This document shows positions 46,730 through 56,141 of a DNA stretch of 64,000 bases, one piece after another. Positions within the stretch are counted from its first letter, which is position 1. Each line of letters begins with the position of its first letter. The translations under genes were made by a program, and so were the position numbers. The notes under the pieces were generated by a model. It was given only the letters and a program-made list of their open reading frames with translations. It did not search any database and had not been told where the DNA came from. The DNA is from Betaproteobacteria bacterium (lineage in GTDB: Bacteria; Pseudomonadota; Gammaproteobacteria; Burkholderiales; Burkholderiaceae_E): NCBI GenBank assembly GCA_031421635.1, contig JANOPA010000014.1, forward strand, positions 15,424-79,423. Direction: 5' to 3'.

Positions 46730-48283
46730 AGCGGCCTGATCGGTCCGTGGACCACCTCCCTGACTTAGAGTGGGATTCAGTGCAGACACGATACAGCCAC
46801 TTTGCGTCGCGCCATTTTGCATCGCACTCTTGAGTAAGGGCAACACGAGGTGGTAAACATTGATGTCGAAGCTCGGGTCCGAAACAGTGCCCCAGGCCGT
46901 GACTGTTTCATCCTCTGTGGTTAAATCGCCAGCTTCGGTGGCGCTGCTGCCGATCCATTGCCAATTTTTGAAGTGATGCACTCTCGGGCAGGAGTAGTTG
47001 GCAGCGGCTTCAATAATTTTCACCTCGTTCCAAATCCACGCCGGGCGACGTTTCAGCTCTAAGGCATGCTTGAGTCTTGCGGCGAGTGACTTTGAGGACT
47101 CTTTCCCGCAACAGGCACCCAGGCACTTCTGAATTTGAAAGTTAAAGCAAGGGCGGTTAGGGTCGGCCAACTGATCCGCCTTAGAGGTCTTTTCAATGCC
47201 GATGGTCTTCAAACAAATCTGCTCTTTGCGCGCAAGCTCGGTCACGTGATGCTTAACACTCGCCTTTGAGGCAAAAGGACCGAAGTAAGACTCTGGTTCA
47301 TCCTTCTCCTCAGCTTCCGGCAAAGCCTGATTGCACGGGTAGTACATGATGCGTGCGCTATGAGTGTCAATGCTGATCCAGGTGGTTTGCGTGCGCTTTC
47401 TTAGCGCAACGTTGTGGGCGGGCATTTCGGTTTTAATCAACTCTATTTCACGTAGCCGCGCACCGAAATCTCCGGCGGTTTGCTCCCATTCAATACGGCG
47501 AATTTCACTGGCAAGGCGCATGCCGCGCTCCGAGCGATGGTCCACGCAAAAATGCTCGCTTACGCGATCTCGCAAATGGATACTCTTACCGATATAAAGT
47601 GGGTGACGATTAAGCCCAAAAAATTTATAGACACCGGGCGTCTTCGGGATGCGCTCAAGCTGATCTGTCGGCAAGTACGCGGGCAGACTAGGGTGACGCA
47701 TGATCTTTTTCATGGCCATGCTGAGCTCATCGTGCGACTCCTCTCGCATCAATACTTTAATGAACTCCCACAGCACTTCAGCGTCGCCCAAGGCACGGTG
47801 GCGCTGAGTACACGGCAACTGGTGACGGCTGATTACCGCATCCAATGAGTGCGGGCTGCGATCCGGGAACAGGGCTTGCGAGAGGCGCACAGTACATAGT
47901 GTCTTGGCATGAAATGAGCGCTCGCCACGTTCCATCTCAGCCTTGATAAATCCGTAATCAAAGCGCGCAGAATGGGCGACGAAAATCGCGTCCGCACAAA
48001 GACTTGCGATGATTTCACTAACCTCTAAAAACACCGGAGCGTCCTTGACCATACTAGGAGTAATACCGGTGAGTGATTGAATCTCCAGGGGAATGCTTTG
48101 CTCTGGATTGATCAGGCTAGACCAGCGCGTGACTTTGGGATTGTCCTCGGCCCAATTCTCGACGCGAAGAATCCCGACCTCGGTGACTCGGCCTTTTTGT
48201 GCGGATGAACCCGTGGTTTCCACATCCAAAAAACACAGCGTGGGGGGAAGAAGAACGAGGGGTGATGGTTTTGGGGTCGACAA
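46697..48283 (-). CDS. DEDD 3'-5' exonuclease domain fused to a GIY-YIG (Cho/UvrC-N-like) nuclease domain
   Basis: Exo motifs 'FLDVETTG', 'VAHSARFDYGF' and 'HRALGDAEVL'. GIY-YIG 'PGVYKFFGLNRHPLYIGKSIHLRDRV'. UvrC-like Cys cluster 'CFNFQIQKCLGACCG'. Confidence 0.8.
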   Translation of the reverse strand: MSTPKPSPLVLLPPTLCFLDVETTGSSAQKGRVTEVGILRVENWAEDNPKVTRWSSLINPEQSIPLEIQSLTGITPSMVKDAPVFLEVSEIIASLCADAIFVAHSARFDYGFIKAEMERGERSFHAKTLCTVRLSQALFPDRSPHSLDAVISRHQLPCTQRHRALGDAEVLWEFIKVLMREESHDELSMAMKKIMRHPSLPAYLPTDQLERIPKTPGVYKFFGLNRHPLYIGKSIHLRDRVSEHFCVDHRSERGMRLASEIRRIEWEQTAGDFGARLREIELIKTEMPAHNVALRKRTQTTWISIDTHSARIMYYPCNQALPEAEEKDEPESYFGPFASKASVKHHVTELARKEQICLKTIGIEKTSKADQLADPNRPCFNFQIQKCLGACCGKESSKSLAARLKHALELKRRPAWIWNEVKIIEAAANYSCPRVHHFKNWQWIGSSATEAGDLTTEDETVTAWGTVSDPSFDINVYHLVLPLLKSAMQNGATQSGCIVSALNPTLSQGGGPRTDQAALRLELTGDSL

Positions 48284-48544
48284 GCTGGGCCAGTCTTTAA
48301 GTCGCTAAAGACACTGATTGTATATCCAGTGCTTTTAGTCCGCTCGGGCAAATGGAAGTTGATCCCCGGAAAAAGATAAGTGACAATTTAGGGCGGAATA
48401 TTGTGGTTTTGCCCTTAAATAGACGCCAAACACCAACAAAGTCGTCGAAATTGGCTGTAAACGCAAAGAAAGCTTCAACCGTTTTACCTCAAGACAGGGA
48501 AAAGACCCTAAAATCCGCCCTTGAATTGATTTTTAAAGATTTCA

Positions 48545-49963
48545 TTGACCACAACATTCCAAGATTTTGGCCTGAGTGATTCGATCCTCAGAGCCATCAC
48601 CGAGATGGGGTACCAAATACCCACTCCAATTCAGGCCGAAGCCATCCCAGTGGTTTTGCAAGGCCGCGACGTCATGGGTGCCGCTCAAACCGGTACCGGT
48701 AAGACCGCTGGTTTTGGTTTGCCGCTGTTGCAGCGACTTATGCCCCATGCCAGTACGAGCACCTCGCCTGCTCGCCATCCGGTGCGCGCACTGATACTCG
48801 CTCCTACCCGCGAGCTTGCCGACCAAATTTTTGAAAACTTGCGCGACTACGCTAAGCACACGCCGCTGAAATGCGCCGTGGTGTTTGGCGGCGTTGATAT
48901 CAAGCCTCAAATGGCCGCGCTGCGTATGGGTTGCGAAGTGCTGGTGGCTACACCGGGCCGTTTGCTCGACCACATGGAACAGAAGACGGTAAATCTGAGT
49001 CAGGTGGAAGTACTGGTACTCGATGAAGCCGATCGCATGATGGATATGGGCTTCCTGCCGGATCTGCAAAGAATCGTTCGCGCCTTGCCGGTTAAACGTC
49101 AAAGCCTATTGTTCTCGGCTACTTTTTCGAATGAGATCCGCAGATTGGCCGGTACTTTCCTAACCGACCCTCTGACGATCGAAGTGGCGCGCCGTAATGC
49201 CACAGCCGAAAACGTTCAGCAAATTGTGTACAAAGTTGCTACGGCCGATGCCAAGCGCAATGCCGTCGCCACCTTGATCGATAAACATGCCCTGAGTCAG
49301 GTGATTGTGTTTTCGAACACCAAGATTGGCTGTGGGCGCTTGGCGCGGCATTTGCAAAAGTTAGGAATGAATGCCGAAGCCATTCACGGTGACAAGTCAC
49401 AACAAGATCGTCTCGTGACCTTGGATAATTTCAAGAGTGGCAAGATTCGCGTGCTGGTTGCTACCGATGTCGCAGCCCGTGGCCTGGATATTGCCGAGTT
49501 GCCCGCAGTCATCAATTACGATTTGCCCTATTCTCCGGAAGATTATGTTCACCGTATTGGACGCACTGGTCGGGCCGGGGCGAGCGGCATGGCCTTGTCG
49601 ATCATGTCCTCGGAAGACGGACGTCTTTTGGCCGATATCGAGAAGTTGACCAAAAGCAAATTGTTGATTGAATCGCTTGAGATGGCACCACCTCCAGCGG
49701 TGCCATCTGCCGAACGTGCCCTAAGAGAACCAAGAGCACGCGAGCGTGAAGTGCGTGAGCCTCGTCAAACAAACGCAAGACAAACCAAGTCGAGCGGATT
49801 TTCGAACGATCCGTTTTTCTACCAACCTTACGATAGTGAGCAAGCTGGCAACCAGCCGAATGCGGAGGCTGCAGTCGCCGTTGCGGCAGTGGCCGCAAGG
49901 CCGATTACGGGTGTCCGTCGCTCAAATGCCCCAGTCGCTGCTTTATTGGGTGGGAAGCGTTAA
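48545..49963 (+). CDS. rhlE: ATP-dependent DEAD-box RNA helicase
   Basis: Q-motif 'FQDFGL...PTPIQ', 'AQTGTGKTA', 'PTRELA', 'DEAD', 'SAT' and '[10 protein letters not shown]', with a basic C-terminal tail. Apparent TTG start. Confidence 0.9.
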   Translation: MTTTFQDFGLSDSILRAITEMGYQIPTPIQAEAIPVVLQGRDVMGAAQTGTGKTAGFGLPLLQRLMPHASTSTSPARHPVRALILAPTRELADQIFENLRDYAKHTPLKCAVVFGGVDIKPQMAALRMGCEVLVATPGRLLDHMEQKTVNLSQVEVLVLDEADRMMDMGFLPDLQRIVRALPVKRQSLLFSATFSNEIRRLAGTFLTDPLTIEVARRNATAENVQQIVYKVATADAKRNAVATLIDKHALSQVIVFSNTKIGCGRLARHLQKLGMNAEAIHGDKSQQDRLVTLDNFKSGKIRVLVATDVAARGLDIAELPAVINYDLPYSPEDYVHRIGRTGRAGASGMALSIMSSEDGRLLADIEKLTKSKLLIESLEMAPPPAVPSAERALREPRAREREVREPRQTNARQTKSSGFSNDPFFYQPYDSEQAGNQPNAEAAVAVAAVAARPITGVRRSNAPVAALLGGKR

Positions 49964-50997
49964 TTAATATCGGGCCTCGTGGCGAGCATCCGCTCGCGCC
50001 ATAGGCCAAGCGCTAACTCCCAAAACTGCGTTAAAGTCATCCCGGATAATCGACTGCTTGAAAAGCCGGTTAGACCAAGGTCCGACAAGGCCCGGTTGAG
50101 AGTCGGCAGGGCCAGATCCGAATTGATTGCCTGCGCGCCGTTTTGCTTGGATAGTTTTTGACCGTTCGGCTCCAGCACTAAAGGGCAATGCCAGTACATT
50201 AGGCGACGATAGCCCAGCAGGTTCTGCAAGTAAATTTGGCGACTCGTTGATCCCAAGAGATCCATGCCGCGCACAACATGGCTGACTCCCGACTCTTCAT
50301 CATCCACGACAACGCTGAGCTGATAGGTCCATTCCAAACCTTCGTCATCGCCGGGCCTGCTTGGCCGGGCGATCACGAAATCACCTACCCTGCACGTAAT
50401 TTCCTCGCGCTGTAAATTCGATTTTTCCACTCCTGCACGTCTAGCATTATCGGCAAGAACATGAGGTCTTAGCCAGGCACCCTCTTGCCATTCAATCAGG
50501 GCCGGATCAAGCTTCAGCCGCCATGCCCGTACCGCTTGAATTGGGGGCGACTGGCCTGCTTCAAAGATCTTACGACAGGTGCCGGGGTACACACTTGAAG
50601 CCATCGACGAGTTGTGCACTGCGAGCCGGTGTGAGCCGACCTGGACTGCATTCAGACCTCTTGAATCTGCAATTTCTTTGCGACTACAGATGCAGGCATA
50701 AACTCGACGCATGCTTTGCAACTTATCGAAAGCCCTTTGATAGTGCGGCCCGCGTTGCGACTGATACCAGGGATGAGGTTCAATCTGAAACCCAAGCTTC
50801 AATAGATCTGAAATAATTTGCTGACTGGTCTGAACTCGGCTACGTCCCTGATCGATATCTTCAATGCGTAACAACCAACGGCCGCCATGTGCCTTGGCAT
50901 CGAGATAGCTGGCCATGGCAGCCACCAAGGAGCCGCGATGTAAAGGGCCGCTTGGGCTGGGTGCAAAGCGACCGACGTAGGTAGAGCTAGCGCTCAT
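49960..50997 (-). CDS. gluQ: tRNA glutamyl-Q(34) synthetase
   Basis: '[44 protein letters not shown]' and 'LSKQNG' (KMSKS-like) are present. No anticodon-binding domain is apparent, as expected for GluQRS. 4-nt overlap with the upstream LysR gene. Confidence 0.85.
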   Translation of the reverse strand: MSASSTYVGRFAPSPSGPLHRGSLVAAMASYLDAKAHGGRWLLRIEDIDQGRSRVQTSQQIISDLLKLGFQIEPHPWYQSQRGPHYQRAFDKLQSMRRVYACICSRKEIADSRGLNAVQVGSHRLAVHNSSMASSVYPGTCRKIFEAGQSPPIQAVRAWRLKLDPALIEWQEGAWLRPHVLADNARRAGVEKSNLQREEITCRVGDFVIARPSRPGDDEGLEWTYQLSVVVDDEESGVSHVVRGMDLLGSTSRQIYLQNLLGYRRLMYWHCPLVLEPNGQKLSKQNGAQAINSDLALPTLNRALSDLGLTGFSSSRLSGMTLTQFWELALGLWRERMLATRPDIN

Positions 50998-51932
50998 AAC
51001 GAAGGGCCGAGCGGGCTAAGCAGCAGGCGTCTTCGAACCTGAGCAACATCCAGCTTGGAGAGCCACCAACTCAGGGCCTTTCCCGGCCGCGTGCGCCTCC
51101 ATGCGTAGGTGGTCGAGGACGAAGGCTTAGGCTCGGCCACTCTTCTTTCAATGAGTTGCCCAGATTTGATATGGGCGAGCGCGAGATATTTGGGCAAGTA
51201 GCCGATGCCCAAGCCCGCGATTTGTGCCTCAAGCTTCTGATTCATGGTGGCAACGGTCAATACTGGTTGGCCGCTTAACAGTCCCGTCGTTCGTGCCTTA
51301 AGGCGTCGAGCACTATCGGCCACTGCCACCGCGCGATGGGTTCGAAGGTCTTCTGGCGCTAAGGCTTTGCCAGCATCGCTTTGCGCCAAAGGGTGATCGG
51401 GTGCCATGCAGAAGACAAAATCGATTTTGCCAAACGCTCTGACGCTAATTTGCCCTGAGCTAAAGACTTCACTTGGTGCATCTTCGAGCGCTCCAATCAA
51501 TAGATCGCAGCGCGAGTCAAGCAAGCTCTCCCAGCATCCGTCCAACACCTCTTGTTGAATAGTGATTTGAGTCGGGCAAGCTAGCCGATCAAAATCCCTA
51601 ACGAGAGCGTGTAGCTGAGACAAAGGAAGCGCACCATCGCATGTGATTCTTAAATGTTGCTCCCAACCGCTGGCCAACTCTTTGACCTGCGCCTGGATCA
51701 AGTCAACGGTATTGAGTAATTCTCGGCCCTGCGCGAGAAGCATTTCACCTGCAGTCGTCAGGGTGACCTTCCGTTGGCGCCGATCAAAAATCAGGGCGTC
51801 CAACTCATCTTCGAGCTTGCGAATTTGGTAAGAAAGCGCGGAGGGTACCTTTCCTAACGCCTCGGCGGCAGCCGCGAAGCTGCCCTTGCGGGCGATCATG
51901 TCCAGGGCGACGATGGCGTCGAGAGTCAGCAT
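50994..51932 (-). CDS. LysR-family transcriptional regulator
   Basis: N-terminal HTH 'LDMIARKGSFAAAAEALGKVPSALSYQIRKLEDEL' and a C-terminal LysR substrate-binding fold. Divergent from the pirin gene. Confidence 0.9.
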   Translation of the reverse strand: MLTLDAIVALDMIARKGSFAAAAEALGKVPSALSYQIRKLEDELDALIFDRRQRKVTLTTAGEMLLAQGRELLNTVDLIQAQVKELASGWEQHLRITCDGALPLSQLHALVRDFDRLACPTQITIQQEVLDGCWESLLDSRCDLLIGALEDAPSEVFSSGQISVRAFGKIDFVFCMAPDHPLAQSDAGKALAPEDLRTHRAVAVADSARRLKARTTGLLSGQPVLTVATMNQKLEAQIAGLGIGYLPKYLALAHIKSGQLIERRVAEPKPSSSTTYAWRRTRPGKALSWWLSKLDVAQVRRRLLLSPLGPSL

Positions 51933-51943
51933 TTTTTGGAAAG

Positions 51944-51958
51944 ATCAAATATTTTGAT
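51944..51958. promoter_or_regulatory. Perfect inverted repeat ATCAAA-TAT-TTTGAT (T-N11-A, LTTR-box-like)
   Basis: It lies 12 nt from the LysR start, in the 128-nt divergent intergenic region with pirin. It contains T-N11-A with dyad symmetry. A further TTTGAT half-site follows ~30 nt downstream. Confidence 0.4.
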
Positions 51959-52060
51959 TAATACGTTCTAATAATAGCGCTATTTTGATGTCATAAATTG
52001 ATTATGATGATTCCTCTGGGCAATTTTTAGCTCAAGTTGACGATTAAGATAGGAGCTCAA

Positions 52061-52762
52061 ATGATTCACCTTCGCACATCCAACCAGCGTGGCTTTGCAG
52101 ATCACGGCTGGCTTAAATCTTTTCATAGCTTTTCCTTTGCCGGTTATCACGATCCAAACTTTATGGGCTTTGGTCCCTTACGGGTCATCAATGAGGACCG
52201 GATCGCGCCGGGCACCGGTTTTGGTACCCACGGCCATCGCGATATGGAAATCATCAGCTATGTGTTGGAGGGTGCTTTGGCCCATCAAGATAGTATGGGC
52301 AACGGCTCCGTGATTCGTCCTGGGGATGTACAAAGAATGAGCGCTGGAACCGGTGTACAACACTCCGAGTCCAATCACGAGAAATCCGGAGAGACACACT
52401 TCCTTCAAATATGGATTCAACCTAGCAAGAGTGGAAATCCACCGGGCTACGAGGAAAAGCATTTTGATGAAGCCTCTAAACGCGGTCAGCTCAGGCTCGT
52501 GGCGTCTGAGCATGGCGAGGCCGGCTCGGTGACGATTCAGCAGGATGCGAAGTTTTACTCTGGTTTATTTGATGGAGCGGAAGAGGCTCGTTTGGATCTT
52601 GGTGCCAAGCGAATAGCCTACGTTCATTTAATCAAAGGCCAGCTCATTGCGAATGGACGGTCTTTGCAGGCAGGCGACGCATTAATGATGAAAGATGAGC
52701 CGAGCCTATCTTTGAGCTCCGGTCGGGATGCCGAAGTGCTCGTTTTTGATCTACCCGAATAG
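52061..52762 (+). CDS. Pirin family protein
   Basis: Cupin metal-binding 'FGTHGHRDMEIISYVLEG' and 'HSE' are typical of pirin/YhhW. The ATG at 52061 is preceded by AGGAG (52051-52055); the track start at 52037 is a TTG. Confidence 0.85.
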   Translation: MIHLRTSNQRGFADHGWLKSFHSFSFAGYHDPNFMGFGPLRVINEDRIAPGTGFGTHGHRDMEIISYVLEGALAHQDSMGNGSVIRPGDVQRMSAGTGVQHSESNHEKSGETHFLQIWIQPSKSGNPPGYEEKHFDEASKRGQLRLVASEHGEAGSVTIQQDAKFYSGLFDGAEEARLDLGAKRIAYVHLIKGQLIANGRSLQAGDALMMKDEPSLSLSSGRDAEVLVFDLPE

Positions 52763-52793
52763 TTGAATATATCGAAGAACAAACGGAAAACTC

Positions 52794-53363
52794 ATGAATC
52801 AAAAATCAATCAAGGTGGTGGTTGCCTACCACTCTGGCTACGGTCACACCAAGAAAATCGCTGACGCTGTGGCTGCGGGAGCGCGTTCAGTACAAGGAGC
52901 CCAGGCCGTCTCCATTGACGTCTCTGTCTTGAAGGACAGCGATTGGGAAGAGATGAGTCGCGCCCAGGCGATTGTCTTTGGTGCGCCCACGTACATGGGA
53001 GGCGCGAGTGCTCCCTTCAAGGCTTTTGCGGATGCGAGTGCGAAAGTTTGGTTTACGCAAGGGTGGAAGGACAAGGTTGCAGGCGGATTTACATGTTCAC
53101 TCAACATGAGTGGCGACAAGCTCTCAACCCTAAATTACTTTAATGTTTTGGCGATGCAGCATTCAATGATATGGGTGGGTACCGGCCTGCCACCTTGCGC
53201 CAAGCCAGGTGATCCTAATGCATTGAATCGCTTGGGCTCGAGCGTGGGTGTGATGGCCCAGGCGGATAATCTCCCGCCTGAGCAAAGCCCACCTCAGGGC
53301 GACGTCGACACTGGTTTTTCTTACGGCGCTCGCATTGCAAGCGTCGCCCAAAAACTAGTGTGA
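52794..53363 (+). CDS. Flavodoxin-like fold NAD(P)H-dependent FMN reductase (WrbA-like)
   Basis: 'KVVVAYHSGYGHTKKIADAV' and 'IVFGAPTYMGGASAPFKAFAD' are typical of the flavodoxin-like quinone reductase family. Confidence 0.75.
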   Translation: MNQKSIKVVVAYHSGYGHTKKIADAVAAGARSVQGAQAVSIDVSVLKDSDWEEMSRAQAIVFGAPTYMGGASAPFKAFADASAKVWFTQGWKDKVAGGFTCSLNMSGDKLSTLNYFNVLAMQHSMIWVGTGLPPCAKPGDPNALNRLGSSVGVMAQADNLPPEQSPPQGDVDTGFSYGARIASVAQKLV

Positions 53364-53388
53364 CTCACTTCACTCGATGAGTGCTTAT

Positions 53389-54069
53389 TTAATTTTTCTG
53401 TGCGTGGCCGACACTTTTTCTACGACTGGCGAATAGTCCAAGGCTACCCAGACCGAGTAGGGCCAAAGTGGCCGGAAGCGGCACTTCGGTAATAACTCTC
53501 AGGTGGTCACCGCTGCCCAGCGACGAGGTCAGAAATCGGAAATTCAGAGTGTTGCCGGAGAACGAAAGCTGATCCCCAAGAACGGGTTCGATGCCATATA
53601 GGCCGCCGTACGAATACGCAGTACTCGTGTTTCCTAAAAAGCTTGTGGCACCAAAACCAGGTTGGTTATAGACCACGGCGAGAATCTTTTGTGAGAATGT
53701 GACGTTGCCCTGGACGCCTTGAAAAATGGTGGATGGCTGATAGTCAATCATGAAAGAGTCGACTAAAGTGCCCGCCGCGACTGTGCCGACAAGCGCAGTA
53801 AGAATGCCTGTTCCTGGAATAAGATTGATCGGGTCGTTGATCAGGCTCCCAATCAATGATGTGTTTTGAGCCTCGTTGAAAACTCGCACGGTGCAGTCGG
53901 CGTTGGATGCGGCAGTCCCACTTGAAGAGGGCGCACTGGTGCTAATTGCTACTCCAGCTCCGCACAGCGCAACATTACTAGCCGTTGCTGATACAACTCC
54001 AGCGCTAGCCTGAGCAGACACTAGAGCACCGATGAGGAGGGTGAGACTTGAAAAGGAGAGCTTTTTCAT
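53389..54069 (-). CDS. PEP-CTERM sorting-domain secreted protein
   Basis: Signal peptide 'MKKLSFSSLTLLIGALVSAQASA'. C-terminal 'VPLPATLALLGLGSLGLFASRRK' has the layout of motif, TM helix and basic tail. The motif is a VPLP variant of VPEP. Confidence 0.65.
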   Translation of the reverse strand: MKKLSFSSLTLLIGALVSAQASAGVVSATASNVALCGAGVAISTSAPSSSGTAASNADCTVRVFNEAQNTSLIGSLINDPINLIPGTGILTALVGTVAAGTLVDSFMIDYQPSTIFQGVQGNVTFSQKILAVVYNQPGFGATSFLGNTSTAYSYGGLYGIEPVLGDQLSFSGNTLNFRFLTSSLGSGDHLRVITEVPLPATLALLGLGSLGLFASRRKSVGHAQKN

Positions 54070-54264
54070 TGTTGATCCATTTTGTATTGTCGTTGAGGAG
54101 GCTTGTCTCCATTGTTGAACTGGATACGAATTTTTAAAGAGCACTAATTAACGGGTGTGACGCCGTGTTTTGGGCGAGACGTGAACTAGTTGACGTAAGT
54201 CAATACGAAGTGATTGAAAGCGCCCAATGCAAACTTCGGTCAACGAATTCTGTGCGAAACAAGC

Positions 54265-54294
54265 AAAAAAAAGCCCGGCAGGGGCCGAGCTTTT
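54265..54294 (-). terminator. Rho-independent terminator downstream of the HAD hydrolase gene
   Basis: The minus strand reads AAAAGCTCGGC-CCCT-GCCGGGCTTTTTTTT: a 7-bp GC-rich stem with one mismatch, a 4-nt loop and a T8 tail. A-tracts on the other side make it potentially bidirectional. Confidence 0.7.
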
Positions 54295-54409
54295 AAAATT
54301 ACCTAGGAGTTCAAAACAAACTAACCGGAATGCGCTACCGCTTCCACGTGATAGCGCCGTCCATAGATCGAACTTTATAGACCGTTCGTCGGTATGGGTA
54401 GGGAGTTTC

Positions 54410-55273
54410 TCACGTTTTTGCTGAATGCCGAGATTGCAGGAGTAATTGTGCAAACTCCACAAAACCTTCGCCGTGTGTTGCGCGCGTGAGCCATTTGGGG
54501 CCGTCCTCTCCCAACGCCCCTAAGAAAGGTTGAATGTTCGCCACCGCAACCGATTTTGGGAAAAGTGCAAACATTGAACGGTCGTTCGGTGCGTCGCCGA
54601 TGAATACCCAGCGCTCTTGCGCTTGTTTGCTCGCGAGGATCCTGACTTCCTTCAAATATCTGAGCGCCATCGGGCCTTTGTCGAAGAGGCCGTGCCAAGC
54701 ATTAATATGAACCGTGCTGTTGCGCGCTTGAAATCCTTCGCTACGCAAAGCTTGAATAACTTCTTGGACGATCGCCATCTGAACTCTCGGAATATCCTCG
54801 CAATAGTCGATGGCAACGTCGACTTGCCGCAAATTATTATCGCTTGCAAAGCGCAGCAATGGGTAGTTCAGGAGAATTCGCTCGCAGACTGCCATGAGGC
54901 GCTTGCGCTCGTCGGCGACTCGAACGGGAGTGTCAAAAAACACGACCTTAAGTGGAGCCGGCACTGTTGGGTTTGGGTTGGTCGCTACACTCAAACCAAA
55001 TGGGGAAGCCTCGCGATGAAGATAAACGCCACCACTTTCGGCGATGACCGCCTCCACCGGCCACTGTGACAACATCATGTGCGCCCAACCGTAGGATCGC
55101 CCCGTCACTGGAACCACAGGAATGCTTGCTTCGCGCAAACGCCACAGTGCCGAAAATGTTGCTGCACTGAGTTTGCCGTCTTTTGTAAGTGTGTCGTCGA
55201 TATCGGTAAAAACGCCCTCTACGCCGAGCAAATCGCTGGCTTGGACAAGAGGCGGAACTTTAGTGGGACTCAA
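54410..55273 (-). CDS. HAD-IIB family hydrolase (sugar-phosphate phosphatase-like)
   Basis: Motif I 'FTDIDDTLT', motif II 'VPVTGRS', and motif III/IV 'FIGDAPNDRSMF'. Confidence 0.75.
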   Translation of the reverse strand: MSPTKVPPLVQASDLLGVEGVFTDIDDTLTKDGKLSAATFSALWRLREASIPVVPVTGRSYGWAHMMLSQWPVEAVIAESGGVYLHREASPFGLSVATNPNPTVPAPLKVVFFDTPVRVADERKRLMAVCERILLNYPLLRFASDNNLRQVDVAIDYCEDIPRVQMAIVQEVIQALRSEGFQARNSTVHINAWHGLFDKGPMALRYLKEVRILASKQAQERWVFIGDAPNDRSMFALFPKSVAVANIQPFLGALGEDGPKWLTRATHGEGFVEFAQLLLQSRHSAKT

Positions 55274-55280
55274 GAAACGC

Positions 55281-56093
55281 TTACGAAGTCGCTATGGATG
55301 GCGCTGCACGAAGTGCGGTTTCAAATGTTGAACCCGCAATCTGATCGACTTCTTTTTGATCTGCTTCTTTAATAGGTTTCAAAGCCGGGTCTACGCCGCG
55401 TCGATCATCAAACACAAACAAGCTGCCGCGCCAGTGGTCGGTGCCGACTTCTTCAAAGTAGCGCAGAACACCGCCCTCAAGTTGACTAATGTTGTCGTAG
55501 CCTTGTGCCGCCATGTACAAAGCGGATTTCTCACAGCGAATCCCGCCTGTGCAGAAGCTTACGATTCGCTCGTTTTTAAGACTCTCGCCTTGCTCTGCGA
55601 TCCAGACGGGCAGATCGCTAAATTTTTGAATGTCAGGGTTTAGTGCCTGCTCGAACGTGCCCTGGGCGACTTCAAAATCATTGCGAGTATCGAGAAGCCG
55701 GACGGGCTTGCCTTGGTCATCATGGCCTTGATCCAACCAGCGTTTCAAAGTGGTGGGCGCCACACTCTCTGCGCGTTTTTGCCCAGGGCGAATGCCGTCC
55801 TTTTTAAAGGTGACAATCTCGGGTTTAATTTTGACCTTCCAGCGCTTGAACGACTGGGTTTCTGAAAGACTCTCCTTCCAGTCTAGACCGGCCAGACGAG
55901 GATCACGGTTCAGTTTCTTTTGAAGCCCTTCAAAAGATTCAAGCGTACAGCAAATAAAACTGTTGATGCCTTCGTCAGCGAGAAGCACGGTTCCCTTCAG
56001 TTGAAACTGTTGACCCCATGCTTCGAACTGGGCTTTGAGCTCAGGCAGATTCTGGAGGTCGACAAACCGATAAGTTGCTAGATTGAGGAGCAT
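55281..56093 (-). CDS. trhO: Rhodanese-domain protein of the UPF0176/YceA family (tRNA uridine(34) hydroxylase)
   Basis: N-terminal 'ATYRFVDL...LKGTVLLADEGINSFI' and rhodanese active-site loop 'FCTGGIRCEKS'. Confidence 0.8.
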   Translation of the reverse strand: MLLNLATYRFVDLQNLPELKAQFEAWGQQFQLKGTVLLADEGINSFICCTLESFEGLQKKLNRDPRLAGLDWKESLSETQSFKRWKVKIKPEIVTFKKDGIRPGQKRAESVAPTTLKRWLDQGHDDQGKPVRLLDTRNDFEVAQGTFEQALNPDIQKFSDLPVWIAEQGESLKNERIVSFCTGGIRCEKSALYMAAQGYDNISQLEGGVLRYFEEVGTDHWRGSLFVFDDRRGVDPALKPIKEADQKEVDQIAGSTFETALRAAPSIATS

Positions 56094-56141
56094 GGGACCG
56101 CATTATAAGAGTCCTGTTGAGGAGGCTAGTAAAATGCTGTG

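Noticed and set aside
48352-48579. 75-aa plus-strand ORF immediately upstream of and overlapping the rhlE start.
   Set aside because: It has no SD, is lysine/asparagine-rich, and overlaps the helicase start. It is more likely part of a long rhlE 5' UTR, as is common for DEAD-box helicase genes. I could not define any specific RNA structure by eye.
53371-53383. Short hairpin CACTC-GAT-GAGTG followed by a T-rich tract, between the convergent flavodoxin-like and PEP-CTERM genes.
   Set aside because: A 5-bp stem of modest GC is too weak to call a terminator with confidence, and it overlaps the PEP-CTERM stop region.
54148-54462. 104-aa minus-strand ORF and 65-aa plus-strand ORF in the PEP-CTERM/HAD spacer.
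   Set aside because: The interval contains the strong terminator hairpin (54265-54294), so the ORFs span it. I recognised no motifs and no SD.
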